NCBI GenBank assembly: GCA_035063585.1
Contig: JAPSGB010000044.1
Location: 1-35,810 of the forward strand
DNA: 35,810 nt
Origin: Polyangiaceae bacterium
Lineage (GTDB): Bacteria; Myxococcota_A; Polyangia; Polyangiales; Polyangiaceae
Direction: 5' to 3'
Shown here: positions 26,529 to 35,238 of the stretch, piece after piece
How the letters are laid out: the number at the start of each line of letters is the position of its first letter
Position numbering within the stretch: the stretch's first letter is position 1
Translations under genes and position numbers: made by a program
Notes under the pieces: model-generated
The model's input: only the letters and a program-made list of their open reading frames with translations
What the model was told of the DNA's origin: nothing
The model's database searches: none

Positions 26529-27491
26529 TCAGCGCCCGTCGGGGGCCAAGGGCTCGAGCTCTGGCCCCCACATCACCACACGGTTGCGGCCGGCGCGTTT
26601 GGCCGCGTAAAGCGCGCAGTCTGCCCGGCTGACCAGCGTCGCAGCGTCGGTCACGTCGGCGCTGGTGTCGGCGGCCGCGACGCCGAAACTGGCCGTGCAA
26701 CGCACCGTGTGCTCGCCCGCCTGTACCGGCGTCGTCTCCACGGCGGCGCGCAGCCGCTCGGCCAGCACGAAGGCCCCGGCGGTGCCGGTATTGGTCAGCA
26801 CGATGGCGATCTCTTCACCGCCATAGCGCGCGACCACGTCCGCCTTGCGCACCGACCGCCCGAGCGCGACGGCGACGCGGCGCAGCACCTCGTCCCCCAC
26901 CGGGTGACCGTGCTCGTCGTTCACCCGCTTGAAGTGATCGATGTCGGCCAAGACCAGCGCCAGTGGAATGCCATAGCGCTGCAGGCGCGCGACCTCGACG
27001 TCGAGCGCGTTGTTGAAGTGCCGGCGATTGAACAGCTCGGTGAGCGGGTCCGTACACGACAGGCGGTACAGCTTCTCGTTGGCCGCGGCCAGATCTTCGG
27101 CCATCAGCTTGAGCCGCAGGTGGACCCGCACCCTCGCCACCAGCTCGCGCGGGTCGACGGGCTTGCACACGTAGTCCGACACGCCGCGATCGAACAGCTC
27201 GACCTTACGATCGAGCTCGGTGTCGGCCGTCAAGATCAGCACGGGAATGCTCGCGAGCTCGGGCTTGGCGGCTCGCAGGCGCAGCAGTTGGATCCCGTCG
27301 CAGCCCGGCATCACCAGGTCGCATACCACCAGGTCGGGCCTCTCCTCGGCCATCAGGCGCAGCGCCACCAGGCCGTCCTCGGCCTCGAGCACCTCTGCCA
27401 GATCACCCGCCTGTCGCAGGGTCTCGGCCACGGCGGCGCGCGCCGGGGCGCTGTCGTCGACGACCAGGATTCGACCGCGTGGCATCGGCAT
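26529..27491 (-). CDS. Response-regulator diguanylate cyclase (REC-GGDEF, WspR/PleD-like)
   Basis: ILVVDD, DLVVCDLVMP, KP, TDPLTELFNRR, DIDHFKRVND, I-site RKAD and active site RYGGEEI. Confidence 0.93.
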   Translation of the reverse strand: MPMPRGRILVVDDSAPARAAVAETLRQAGDLAEVLEAEDGLVALRLMAEERPDLVVCDLVMPGCDGIQLLRLRAAKPELASIPVLILTADTELDRKVELFDRGVSDYVCKPVDPRELVARVRVHLRLKLMAEDLAAANEKLYRLSCTDPLTELFNRRHFNNALDVEVARLQRYGIPLALVLADIDHFKRVNDEHGHPVGDEVLRRVAVALGRSVRKADVVARYGGEEIAIVLTNTGTAGAFVLAERLRAAVETTPVQAGEHTVRCTASFGVAAADTSADVTDAATLVSRADCALYAAKRAGRNRVVMWGPELEPLAPDGR

Positions 27492-27498
27492 CAGTCTG

Positions 27499-28180
27499 TC
27501 AGAGATCCACCGAATAGACGAAGCGGTTCTTGGGGACGCGCAGCACCCGCTCGGCGAGCTTGCCCTGGGGGGATCTCGTCGCCCTCGACGCACTTCTTGG
27601 TCAGGCCCTTGGCGCCCTTCTTGCCGTTCCTCGCCTTCACCCGGGCCACGTCGCGCATCAGCTTCTCGAAGGCGGTCGGGAACTTCTCGAAGTCCAGCTT
27701 GAAGGCGCCCACGTCCCTGCCGTTGGCTGCCGGGGCGCTCGGGCCCCAGACCACCGCGCCCTCGCCCATGAGCACGCCCGGCTGGATCGCCGCGAGCTGG
27801 CTATGGGGCTTGCGCGTGCCGTCCTCGTTGGTCATCCCCGGAGCGATGTACCCGAACGCCCAGACCACGCCGTCCACGCACGACTGGCGCCGCAGCTCTT
27901 CGGTGATCAGACCCTTCTTCACCAGCAGCTCCAGGTAGTAGAGCACGCCGCTCTGCGCCTCCGACTCTTCCATCATGGACGAGAGCCCACCGCCGAAGGC
28001 CTGGCTGTCGGTCTTGCCCTGGAAGGTGTACTCGTGGCTGGGGTCCAGGTTGTGCGTCGTCTCGTGCAGCCCCGTCGACAGAAGCCCGGGCAGCGCGTCG
28101 TCGCGCATGTGCAAGGTCGCGGACTCGTCGATCAGCGACCGCGCTTGCTCGCGGCGGGCGGCGAGGGAATCGGCGTCGTG
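27499..28180 (-). pseudogene. 3' fragment of a zinc peptidase (DPP III/M49-like), frameshifted
   Basis: LHETTHNLDPSHEY and MMEESEAQSG. The true C-terminus (KLAERVLRVPKNRFVYSVDL*, stop 27499-27501) is in another frame after a G run near 27567-27572. The 5' part is replaced by IS66 sequence. Confidence 0.65.
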
Positions 28181-28214
28181 GCGGTCCGCCGTCGGGACCG
28201 CGGCACCGGCAAGC

Positions 28215-28642
28215 AGGTGTGCGAGCAGCGCGGGCTGCTCCGGTCCGCGCTCGGCTACGCCGCCCGCCACAAGGATGCGCTGATGCGCGTTGTCGAGGGC
28301 GGGCGTCTCGTCCTCGACAACAACCGCTCCGAACGCGGGCTCAGGAAGATTGCCGTAGGCAGAAACGCATGGCTCTTCGCCGGCAGCGACGACCGCGCCG
28401 AGAGCGCCGGTCATCTGTTCTCGCCGCTCGCGTCCGCACGACTCCACCGCCTCGATCCCGAGAGCTACTTGCGCGACTTGTTCGGCGTGCTCGCGCACTG
28501 GCAGCGAGACCGCTACCTCGAGCTCGCCCCGCGTTACTGCGCCGAGACCCGGGCCCGGCTCGTCCCGACCGAGCTCGCGCGCGAGGTCGGGCCGCTCACC
28601 GTGCCGCCGCCGCCGCCGCAAGAGAAGCCGGCTCCGGACTGA
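28215..28642 (+). pseudogene. IS66 tnpC 3' remnant (copy 2)
   Basis: RGLLRSALGYA…GRLVLDNNRSERGLRKIAVGRNAWLFAGSD…LDPESYLRD; near-duplicate of 26208-26520. Confidence 0.85.
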
Positions 28643-28802
28643 TTGGTTGGCCGCGTCCACGCCCGCATCATGCGGCGGCTACGTGGGCGCGGGCCAGACG
28701 GGGTCCGTGCAGCGGATACGAGAAAACCAGCGGAAGCTGTCTCACGTGACGTTGGCACAGAGGGCGCGGCGACGCCGGTTACCTGATACAAGCTCCTATC
28801 GC

Positions 28803-29363
28803 ATGTCCCAGCACCCAGTGACACCGTCCGAAGGCTTCGGCGCGCGGCCACCCGATCCGACGCAACCGGGGCCGACGAAATCCAATCTGATGATGATCCT
28901 TCTCATCGTCGTGGGTGTCGGCATCGTTGGTGTCGGTGTCCTCGCTGCGGTGGCGATCCCGAGCTTCCGATCTTACATCTCCCGAGCCAAACAGGCCGAA
29001 GCGCGCGCCACCGTCGCCACGCTGGCCAACGCGGCGAAGGTCGCGTTCGCGGCGAACGGAGCTCTATGCCCCTCCGCCGCATCCCCGATCCCGGCGAACG
29101 CCGACGCGGTGTCCGGAAAGAAGTACCTGTCGTCCGCGGCCGAGTGGACGAGCGACCCTGGGTTCGGCTGCCTCGGCTTCTTTCTCGGGCATCCGCAGTA
29201 TTATCAATACCACTACGAGAGTACCCCCACGACGTTCGTCGTGACCGCTCGGGGTGACCTCGACGGCGACGGCCAGGTCTCGGTCTTTACGCTGCGCGGG
29301 CAGGTCGAGAGGGGCCAGGTGGTCGTCGATCAGGCGCTCGAGGTGACGGACGCCGCGGAGTGA
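28803..29363 (+). CDS. Type IV pilin-like protein without a canonical prepilin cleavage site
   Basis: GVLAAVAIPSFRSYISRAKQAEAR, a Cys pair, QYYQYHY and ARGDLDGDG, as in deltaproteobacterial PilA. No GFTLIE motif. Confidence 0.8.
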   Translation: MSQHPVTPSEGFGARPPDPTQPGPTKSNLMMILLIVVGVGIVGVGVLAAVAIPSFRSYISRAKQAEARATVATLANAAKVAFAANGALCPSAASPIPANADAVSGKKYLSSAAEWTSDPGFGCLGFFLGHPQYYQYHYESTPTTFVVTARGDLDGDGQVSVFTLRGQVERGQVVVDQALEVTDAAE

Positions 29364-29539
29364 GCGGCGGCGCGTGGGCCGTTGCGGCTCGGCGGGTCCT
29401 ACGCGCTCGCGGTGCTGGATGGGCCTCTCGCGAAACGCTGAGTCGAGCCCGGGCGGTCGCGTTCGTATCGCCGACCGCATGGCGAACGACACCAAGCTCG
29501 AGGACCACAGTCACCTCGTCGCCGACGAGGTGGCCGTGG

Positions 29540-29785
29540 TCCTCGTCATCGGGCCGCGCTCGGCGGCGATCTCCCGCACGACCTCCGCACGTGACTCGTT
29601 TACCCGCGAGCGGGTCCTCGCCTCGCGGTTCATGAGGGCGCTCGTGGCCTGCCCCTCGAGGCTGAGCGTCTGGAAATCCTCGAGCGTCGCGCCGTCCACC
29701 GGCGCCGCGCGCTCGAAGCTACGTCGGGTTGAACAGGCACTCCATCGACTCCGCCGTCGTGAGGCTCACGGGGACGTAGCGCGGT
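29540..29785 (-). pseudogene. Possible phage or contractile-tail gene scraps
   Basis: VSLTTAESMECLFNPT* and FQTLSLEGQATSALMNREARTRS…SRAEVVREIAAE resemble, from memory only, tail-module and late-control-D proteins of myxobacterial prophages. Confidence 0.3.
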
Positions 29786-29821
29786 GGTTGGGCGATGGCT
29801 CCGTCGAAGGACGTGGGCGGC

Positions 29822-30859
29822 TCAGTACGTCACCCACGGCGACGGCATGAAAAGCAGCACGACCAGCGCCAGGGTCAGCCCGGCGAGAACCTTTCGACCT
29901 CGCGAGAGCGCGTGGTCATCGACGTGCGGGTGGGCGGCGCCGGAAAAGCGCGCCATCAAGAGCAGCAGCACGAACAGCACGACCCAGGTCATCACGGCCG
30001 ACACGAGGGGCCCGGTCGCTCCGTCCGGTAGCCCACCGAGCCCGTGGGCGCGGATCGCGGGCCAGAGCGGCGCGCCGAACTTCACGAGGTTCACGAGCAC
30101 CATCACCGCCGGCACCCACACCACGAGCTTCGCGAAGCGATTCTGCCGCTCGCCAAAGAGCGCGTACGCGACGTGCCCGCCGTCGAGCTGTCCGAAGGGA
30201 AGCATGTTGAGGAAGGTGACGAGGAACCCGGTCCAGGCGGCGAGCGCGGTCGGGTGCAGGAAGACGTCTTCGTGCGGCCCGATCCGCCCGAACACGAGCG
30301 CCTTGAGCCCCAGGTAGAGCAAGCTCTGTCCTTCCTGGATGTGCGGCTCGGCGCTCATCGGGCCGAGCGTCGAGAGCGAGAGCCCGTAGAGCATGAGCGG
30401 GATCGCGAGCGCCATCCCTGCGAGCGGTCCCGCCGCGCCGATGTCGAAGAGCGCGGTCCGCGAGCGAATCCGCTCCGGCATCAGGATCACCGCGCCCATG
30501 GTGCCGAACGGACTGAGGAATGGCAGCGGAATGAAATACGGGAGCGACGCAGGCACGCGGTGCAGGCGCGCGGCGACGTAGTGCCCGGACTCGTGCGCGA
30601 CCAGGATCGCGAGCAGCGGCACCGCGAACTGCCACGGCGCGCCCCACACGAAGTACCCGGTGAACGCGACGCTCAGCACCGTGAGCCCGAACAGCACGAT
30701 GCCGAGCGCCGGCCCGCGCGGGCGCCCTTCGACCGCTTCTGCGCTCGCGGGCGCGTCGGTTGGGGTGTGCCGGTCCGTCGCGGCCGGCGGCGCGGACGGC
30801 CTCACCGCGTGCATCGGGGCAGGCGGCGGCGGAAAGCCGAGCTTGGGCGCGTCGCTCAT
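29822..30859 (-). CDS. Site-2 protease (M50 family)
   Basis: HESGH, FGTMGAVI, FDIGAAGPLAG and LNMLPFGQLDGGH. Confidence 0.93.
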   Translation of the reverse strand: MSDAPKLGFPPPPAPMHAVRPSAPPAATDRHTPTDAPASAEAVEGRPRGPALGIVLFGLTVLSVAFTGYFVWGAPWQFAVPLLAILVAHESGHYVAARLHRVPASLPYFIPLPFLSPFGTMGAVILMPERIRSRTALFDIGAAGPLAGMALAIPLMLYGLSLSTLGPMSAEPHIQEGQSLLYLGLKALVFGRIGPHEDVFLHPTALAAWTGFLVTFLNMLPFGQLDGGHVAYALFGERQNRFAKLVVWVPAVMVLVNLVKFGAPLWPAIRAHGLGGLPDGATGPLVSAVMTWVVLFVLLLLMARFSGAAHPHVDDHALSRGRKVLAGLTLALVVLLFMPSPWVTY

Positions 30860-30872
30860 GCGAGGCTCCTCG

Positions 30873-31526
30873 TCATCCGAGCGACTCGCGGAGCCGGCGC
30901 GCCAGGCGCTCGAGCTGCGGCGCGAGCGCGCCGTCGAGCGCGCCGATGTCCGTCTCGACGCGCAGGCTGCCGCGCTCGCGCGCGGGATCCTCCGCGATGC
31001 GGAGCGCCGCTCGGTCGAGCCCGAGGCTGTCGATGACGCGCCCGAGGACGGCCGCGTCTTCCGGATGCGCCACGAACGTCGCGCGCCGCGCGCCGCGCGC
31101 CTCGGCGAGGATCGTGCGCGCGAGCGCGGCGAGCTGCTCCGGGCTCTGCCGGAGCTCGGCGCCGAGCACGCGCTCGGCCAGCAGGCGCGCGAGCTCCACC
31201 AGTCGGTCGAGCGCACGCGCGTCGGCGCGGGCCTCGTGGACCTCGAGCGCGACCGCGCGCGCCGCGAGCGCGGCCGCGGCGTCCGCGCGGCCCTCCGCTT
31301 CTGCGCCGAGGCGCACCGAGGCGACCTCGCGCTCGGCGTCCGCCATGAGCTCACGGGCGCGGGCCTCCGCGCGCTCGACGAGCGCGCGTGCGCGCAGCGC
31401 CGCGTCCACCCACTCGGCGGGCTCCACGCGCGCGCGCGCCTTCCGCGGCGCCGCTGCGCGCGCTGACACCGGCGTCACTCTGCCGAGCTCGCTCGCGCGG
31501 AGCACGCGGCCGCGCGTGACGCTCAC
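30873..31526 (-). CDS. FliH/SctL (HrpE/YscL)-like stator protein
   Basis: Ala/Glu helical N-half with AEAEG, LAERVLGAEL, AHPED and EDPARERGSLRVETDIGALDG…QLERL. Confidence 0.8.
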   Translation of the reverse strand: MSVTRGRVLRASELGRVTPVSARAAAPRKARARVEPAEWVDAALRARALVERAEARARELMADAEREVASVRLGAEAEGRADAAAALAARAVALEVHEARADARALDRLVELARLLAERVLGAELRQSPEQLAALARTILAEARGARRATFVAHPEDAAVLGRVIDSLGLDRAALRIAEDPARERGSLRVETDIGALDGALAPQLERLARRLRESLG

Positions 31527-31753
31527 GTGAGCCTCCGCGCCTCGAGCGCCGAGACCAGGCGCGCGAGCTCCGGCGCGAGCGCGACCACGCGCGCCTCGCG
31601 CTCGCCGCGCTCGAGCGCCTGCGCGAGCGCGCGCGCGGTGAGCGAGGGGCTCGCGAAGGGCTCGGTGAGCTCCGCGCCGCGCCGGCCGAGCAGGTAGCTT
31701 ACCGCGACGAAGGCGCGCTCGCGCGCCTCACGCTCCGGGACGCGCGGGGTCAT
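31523..31753 (-). CDS. Small hypothetical protein (76 aa)
   Basis: MTPRVPEREARERAFVAVSYLLGRRG…; ATGA overlap upstream and GTGA overlap downstream indicate translational coupling. Confidence 0.7.
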   Translation of the reverse strand: MTPRVPEREARERAFVAVSYLLGRRGAELTEPFASPSLTARALAQALERGEREARVVALAPELARLVSALEARRLT

Positions 31754-32592
31754 GCCGCGCTGTACCTCTGCTCGACCGCGCGCGCCACGCCGTCCTCCAC
31801 GAGCTTGGCGAGGTGAGCGCGCAGGCTCACCTCCGCGAGCGGCCAGACGGCCGCCGGCGCGTCGTCGTACGCGCGTGGGACGAGCTCGGCCGGCGTCGCG
31901 CCGGCCGGGCCTGCGGCGCGGAGCGCGCCGAGCACCTTCGCCTCGCGCTCGAGCCGATGCCGAGCGTAGGCGGCGAAGAGCCGCGACGGCTCGAGGATCG
32001 GCGCCCCGTGCGCAGGCAGCGCGCGCCGCGCCCCGAGCGCCTCGAGGCGCGCGAGCTGCCGGAGGTACTCCGCCATGTCGCCCTCTCCCGGCGCGATGAG
32101 GATGGTGCCCTCGCTCGCGACCATGTCGCCGACCACGAGCTCGCCGCTCGCCTCCTCCCAGAGACACAGGTGCCCGGGCGCGTGCCCTGGCGTGTGCAGC
32201 ACCCGCCACCGCTGGGGCGTGGGGCCGTCGAGCACGATGACATCACCGTCAGTGAGCCGTCGTGCGGTCTCGAGCTCGGGCAGGCGCGCGGCCGTCTCGG
32301 CGTGCATCCAGAGCGGGAGGCCGAGCTCGCGCGCGAAGACCTCGGCGCCGCCCACGTGATCCGGGTGGTGGTGCGTGAGAAAGAGCGCGGTCGCGCGGCG
32401 CCCCTGCGCGGCGAGCGCGCGCGCCCACTCGAGCCACGCGCGCTGCTCGTCCGGGTAGGGCGTCGCGGGCTCGACGAGCAGCACCTCGCGGCTGCCGAGC
32501 GCGTAGCTCTGCGTCTCGGTCGCGGGCGGGAGCGTCGGGGTCCGCGCCGCGAAGCCCTCGACGCCGGGGCCGATCGATCGAGCTCGAAGCAC
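31750..32592 (-). CDS. MBL-fold metallo-hydrolase (LACTB2-like)
   Basis: TPTLPPAT, THHHPDHVGG, HTPGHAPGH, VGDM, PAHG, HRLERE and a winged-helix tail AHLAKL. Confidence 0.92.
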   Translation of the reverse strand: MLRARSIGPGVEGFAARTPTLPPATETQSYALGSREVLLVEPATPYPDEQRAWLEWARALAAQGRRATALFLTHHHPDHVGGAEVFARELGLPLWMHAETAARLPELETARRLTDGDVIVLDGPTPQRWRVLHTPGHAPGHLCLWEEASGELVVGDMVASEGTILIAPGEGDMAEYLRQLARLEALGARRALPAHGAPILEPSRLFAAYARHRLEREAKVLGALRAAGPAGATPAELVPRAYDDAPAAVWPLAEVSLRAHLAKLVEDGVARAVEQRYSAA

Positions 32593-32675
32593 GGCGCCAT
32601 TCTAAGGCCGCCCGGCGGCAGTGTCGCGCTCGCGCCGCGCCGCCGGCCGCGCCGGACCGGCAAACCCGAGGAAAG

Positions 32676-33866
32676 CTAGCGGATCACCTGCTCGCAGCCG
32701 ATGAGCACGTCGACCTTGCCCTCCTGGTGGGTGACCACATCGCAGCTCGAGGGGCAGAGGATGATCTGCGAGGGGGAGGCCGGGTCGTCATAGTACCAAC
32801 CGGGGCCGCCGAGGCACGCGGTGGCGTCGTGGACGAAGGGGAAGACGTCCTCCGCGCCGCCTGCCGGCGTGAAGGCCACGTTCACGCGGCTGAAATCGGG
32901 CTTGTCGCCTCCCGTGTTCGGGATCGAGTAGTTGCAGCGCGCCGCGCCGCGGATTTCGTTGAGCGCGTCGAGGAACTGCTGCCCGGTGCCGGCGCTACCG
33001 TCGACGATGAGCGCCTTGTTGGTGCCGCCGCTCACGGCGACCTGGTTCAGCGAGGTGAGCTGGCTGCCGACACCGATGACGAAGGTCCGCACGCTCGGTG
33101 AGCCCTTGAACGCGACGTCGGCGGCGAGCGCGACGTGGGCGGTGTCGTTCGGGTTGCAGTTGTTCGGCTCGCCGTCGGTGGCGAGCACCACCACCGTGAC
33201 GTGGTCGGGATGCGCGGCGGCCCAGGGCGTCGCGTAGATCATCGCGCCGCGGAGCGCGGCGGTGCTCGGCGTGCTGTCGCCGCCCGGGCTGGTGCCCTGG
33301 ATCTTGCTGATGAAGTCGCTCGCTACCGTCGCGATCGACCCCATCGCGACGACCGGTTTCGCGTAGTCGGTGTCGATGCAGGAGTCGTTCGGGGCGATGG
33401 AGCCCGCGCAAGAGCCGAGCAGGCAGGGCCCGTATGCTCCGCAGCCAGCCGCGCATTTCACGGGCGGCGGCACCGCCGGCTTGGTCGGGAAGAGGCCGAG
33501 CCCGATGCCGATGTCGGTGAGCCCCGGGAGCCCGACGAAGTCGACGAGGGCTCCGGTGACCGCTCCCCACTTGCCGTCGTCCTGCATCGAGCCGGACCGG
33601 TCGAGCATGATGAACATGTCGAGCGGGACGAGCTTGCCGGTGTAGCTATCCGCGCCGCAGGTCGCGCCGAAGTTTCCGCCGGTGCCGCCGCCGTCGAGCA
33701 GGCCGCCGCCCGCCGCGGAGCCGCCGCTGCCGCCGCTGCCGCCGCCCGCGGCTGCGCCGCCGCCGTTGCCACCGCCACCCACCGAGCTTCCGCCGGTCGC
33801 GCTACTGCACGCTGCCGCTGCGCCGAGCGCCAAGAGCGCGAAGAGACCCGGGACGCGTCGTCGCAT
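32676..33866 (-). CDS. VWA-domain lipoprotein
   Basis: Lipobox AAAC, Gly linker, MIDAS DRSGS…T…TDG and C-terminal GWYYD…IILCP. Confidence 0.88.
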   Translation of the reverse strand: MRRRVPGLFALLALGAAAACSSATGGSSVGGGGNGGGAAAGGGSGGSGGSAAGGGLLDGGGTGGNFGATCGADSYTGKLVPLDMFIMLDRSGSMQDDGKWGAVTGALVDFVGLPGLTDIGIGLGLFPTKPAVPPPVKCAAGCGAYGPCLLGSCAGSIAPNDSCIDTDYAKPVVAMGSIATVASDFISKIQGTSPGGDSTPSTAALRGAMIYATPWAAAHPDHVTVVVLATDGEPNNCNPNDTAHVALAADVAFKGSPSVRTFVIGVGSQLTSLNQVAVSGGTNKALIVDGSAGTGQQFLDALNEIRGAARCNYSIPNTGGDKPDFSRVNVAFTPAGGAEDVFPFVHDATACLGGPGWYYDDPASPSQIILCPSSCDVVTHQEGKVDVLIGCEQVIR

Positions 33867-34014
33867 GGCGACTCATCTATCACGGAACGGTCGGCCGGGC
33901 ATTTGCAGAGTCGGCCGGATTCTTCGACGCGTCGCGTCGCCGCGGGCTGACGTCGGCGGGTAGTCGGGCGCGCGCAACGGCGGTAGACCGAGCCCTCGAG
34001 AAGGAGCCAGCACC

Positions 34015-35199
34015 ATGTCGCAGCCGCCCGTCTACATCGTCAGCGCCACCCGCACCCCGATCGGCTCGTACCTCGGTGCGCTCTCGTCGCTCCGCGCGCC
34101 CGAGCTCGGCGCGGTCGCCATCAAGGCCGCTCTCGCGCGCGCGCGTGTGGCGCCCGAGCAGGTCGGCGAGGTCTTCATGGGGAACGTGCTCGGCGCCGGG
34201 GTCGGTCAAGCGCCAGCGAGGCAAGCGGCGATTTTCGCCGGGCTCCCGAACACCGTGCCCTGCACCACCTTGAACAAGGTGTGTGGCTCGGGGCTGCAAG
34301 CGGTGGTGTTCGGCGCCAAGACCATCCGCCTCGGCGACGCCGAGCTGGTCGTCGCCGGCGGCATGGAGAGCATGTCGAACGTCCCTTATTACCTCCAGAA
34401 GGCGCGCACCGGCTACCGCATGGGCGACGACAAGCTGGTAGACGGCATGATCTTCGACGGGCTCTGGGACCCATATAACAATTTCCACATGGGAAACGCA
34501 GGTGAGCTCTGCTCGACCGAGTATCAGCTCACCCGAGAGCTCCAGGACGAGTTCGCGCGGGAGAGCTACCGCCGCGCGCTCGCCGCGACCCGGGAGGGGC
34601 TCTTCCGAGCCGAGATGGCGGAGGTCGCCGTGCCGCAGAAGAAGGGCGACCCGCTCGTGGTGAGCGAGGACGAGGAGCCGGGCCGCGGGGATCCGAGCAA
34701 GTTCGACAAGCTCCGCCCCGCCTTCAAGAAGGACGGCGCCATCACCGCCGCCAACGCCTCGAGCATCAATGACGGCGCGAGCGCGCTCGTGCTCGCGAGC
34801 GAGGCGGCCGTGAAGGCGCACCAACTCGAGCCGCTCGCGCGCATCGTCGGCTACGGCGGCGCGGCTCAGGCGCCCGAGTGGTTCACGACCGCGCCCGCCA
34901 AGGCCATCGAGGCGACGCTCCCGAAGCTCGGGCTGAAGCCCGCGGACATCGAGCTCTGGGAGATCAACGAGGCCTTCTCGTGCGTCACGATGGCGTGTAA
35001 CCGGCTCGTCGGCATCGACCCCGCGCGCGTGAACGTGCGCGGCGGTGCGGTCGCACTCGGCCACCCGATCGGCGCGAGCGGCGCGCGCATCCTCACTACG
35101 CTGCTCTTTGCCATGCGTGACCAGAAGGCCAAGCGCGGGCTCGCTACCCTCTGCATCGGCGGCGGCGAAGCGGTCGCCGTGGTGGTCGAGCGCGACTGA
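34015..35199 (+). CDS. Acetyl-CoA C-acetyltransferase (thiolase)
   Basis: RTPIG, NKVCGSG, WEINEAF, GHPIGASG and CIGGG; RBS AAGGAG. Confidence 0.96.
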   Translation: MSQPPVYIVSATRTPIGSYLGALSSLRAPELGAVAIKAALARARVAPEQVGEVFMGNVLGAGVGQAPARQAAIFAGLPNTVPCTTLNKVCGSGLQAVVFGAKTIRLGDAELVVAGGMESMSNVPYYLQKARTGYRMGDDKLVDGMIFDGLWDPYNNFHMGNAGELCSTEYQLTRELQDEFARESYRRALAATREGLFRAEMAEVAVPQKKGDPLVVSEDEEPGRGDPSKFDKLRPAFKKDGAITAANASSINDGASALVLASEAAVKAHQLEPLARIVGYGGAAQAPEWFTTAPAKAIEATLPKLGLKPADIELWEINEAFSCVTMACNRLVGIDPARVNVRGGAVALGHPIGASGARILTTLLFAMRDQKAKRGLATLCIGGGEAVAVVVERD

Positions 35200-35238
35200 G
35201 CGCGGGCCCTTGCTTCGCCGCGTGCCGGGCTCGCTGGC

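Larger units (their letters stand above)
25679..28719 (+). mobile_element. Non-autonomous IS66-derived element carrying cargo
   Basis: Left end GTAACCGTTC at 25679 and right end …GGGGTCCGTGCAGCGGATAC at 28719. It contains tnpA and tnpC fragments, and GAGAA flanks both ends directly. Confidence 0.7.

Noticed and set aside
27491..28660. 389-aa and 370-aa ORFs spanning 27.5-28.6 kb as real genes
   Set aside because: Both are chimeras of the peptidase fragment and the IS66 tnpC remnant on opposite strands.
28771..28782. GACGCCGGTTAC as the IS66 right end
   Set aside because: It also ends in TTAC, but the 28700-28719 candidate sits closer to the tnpC stop, resembles IS66 right ends over a longer stretch and has the matching GAGAA flank. 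It is not fully excluded.
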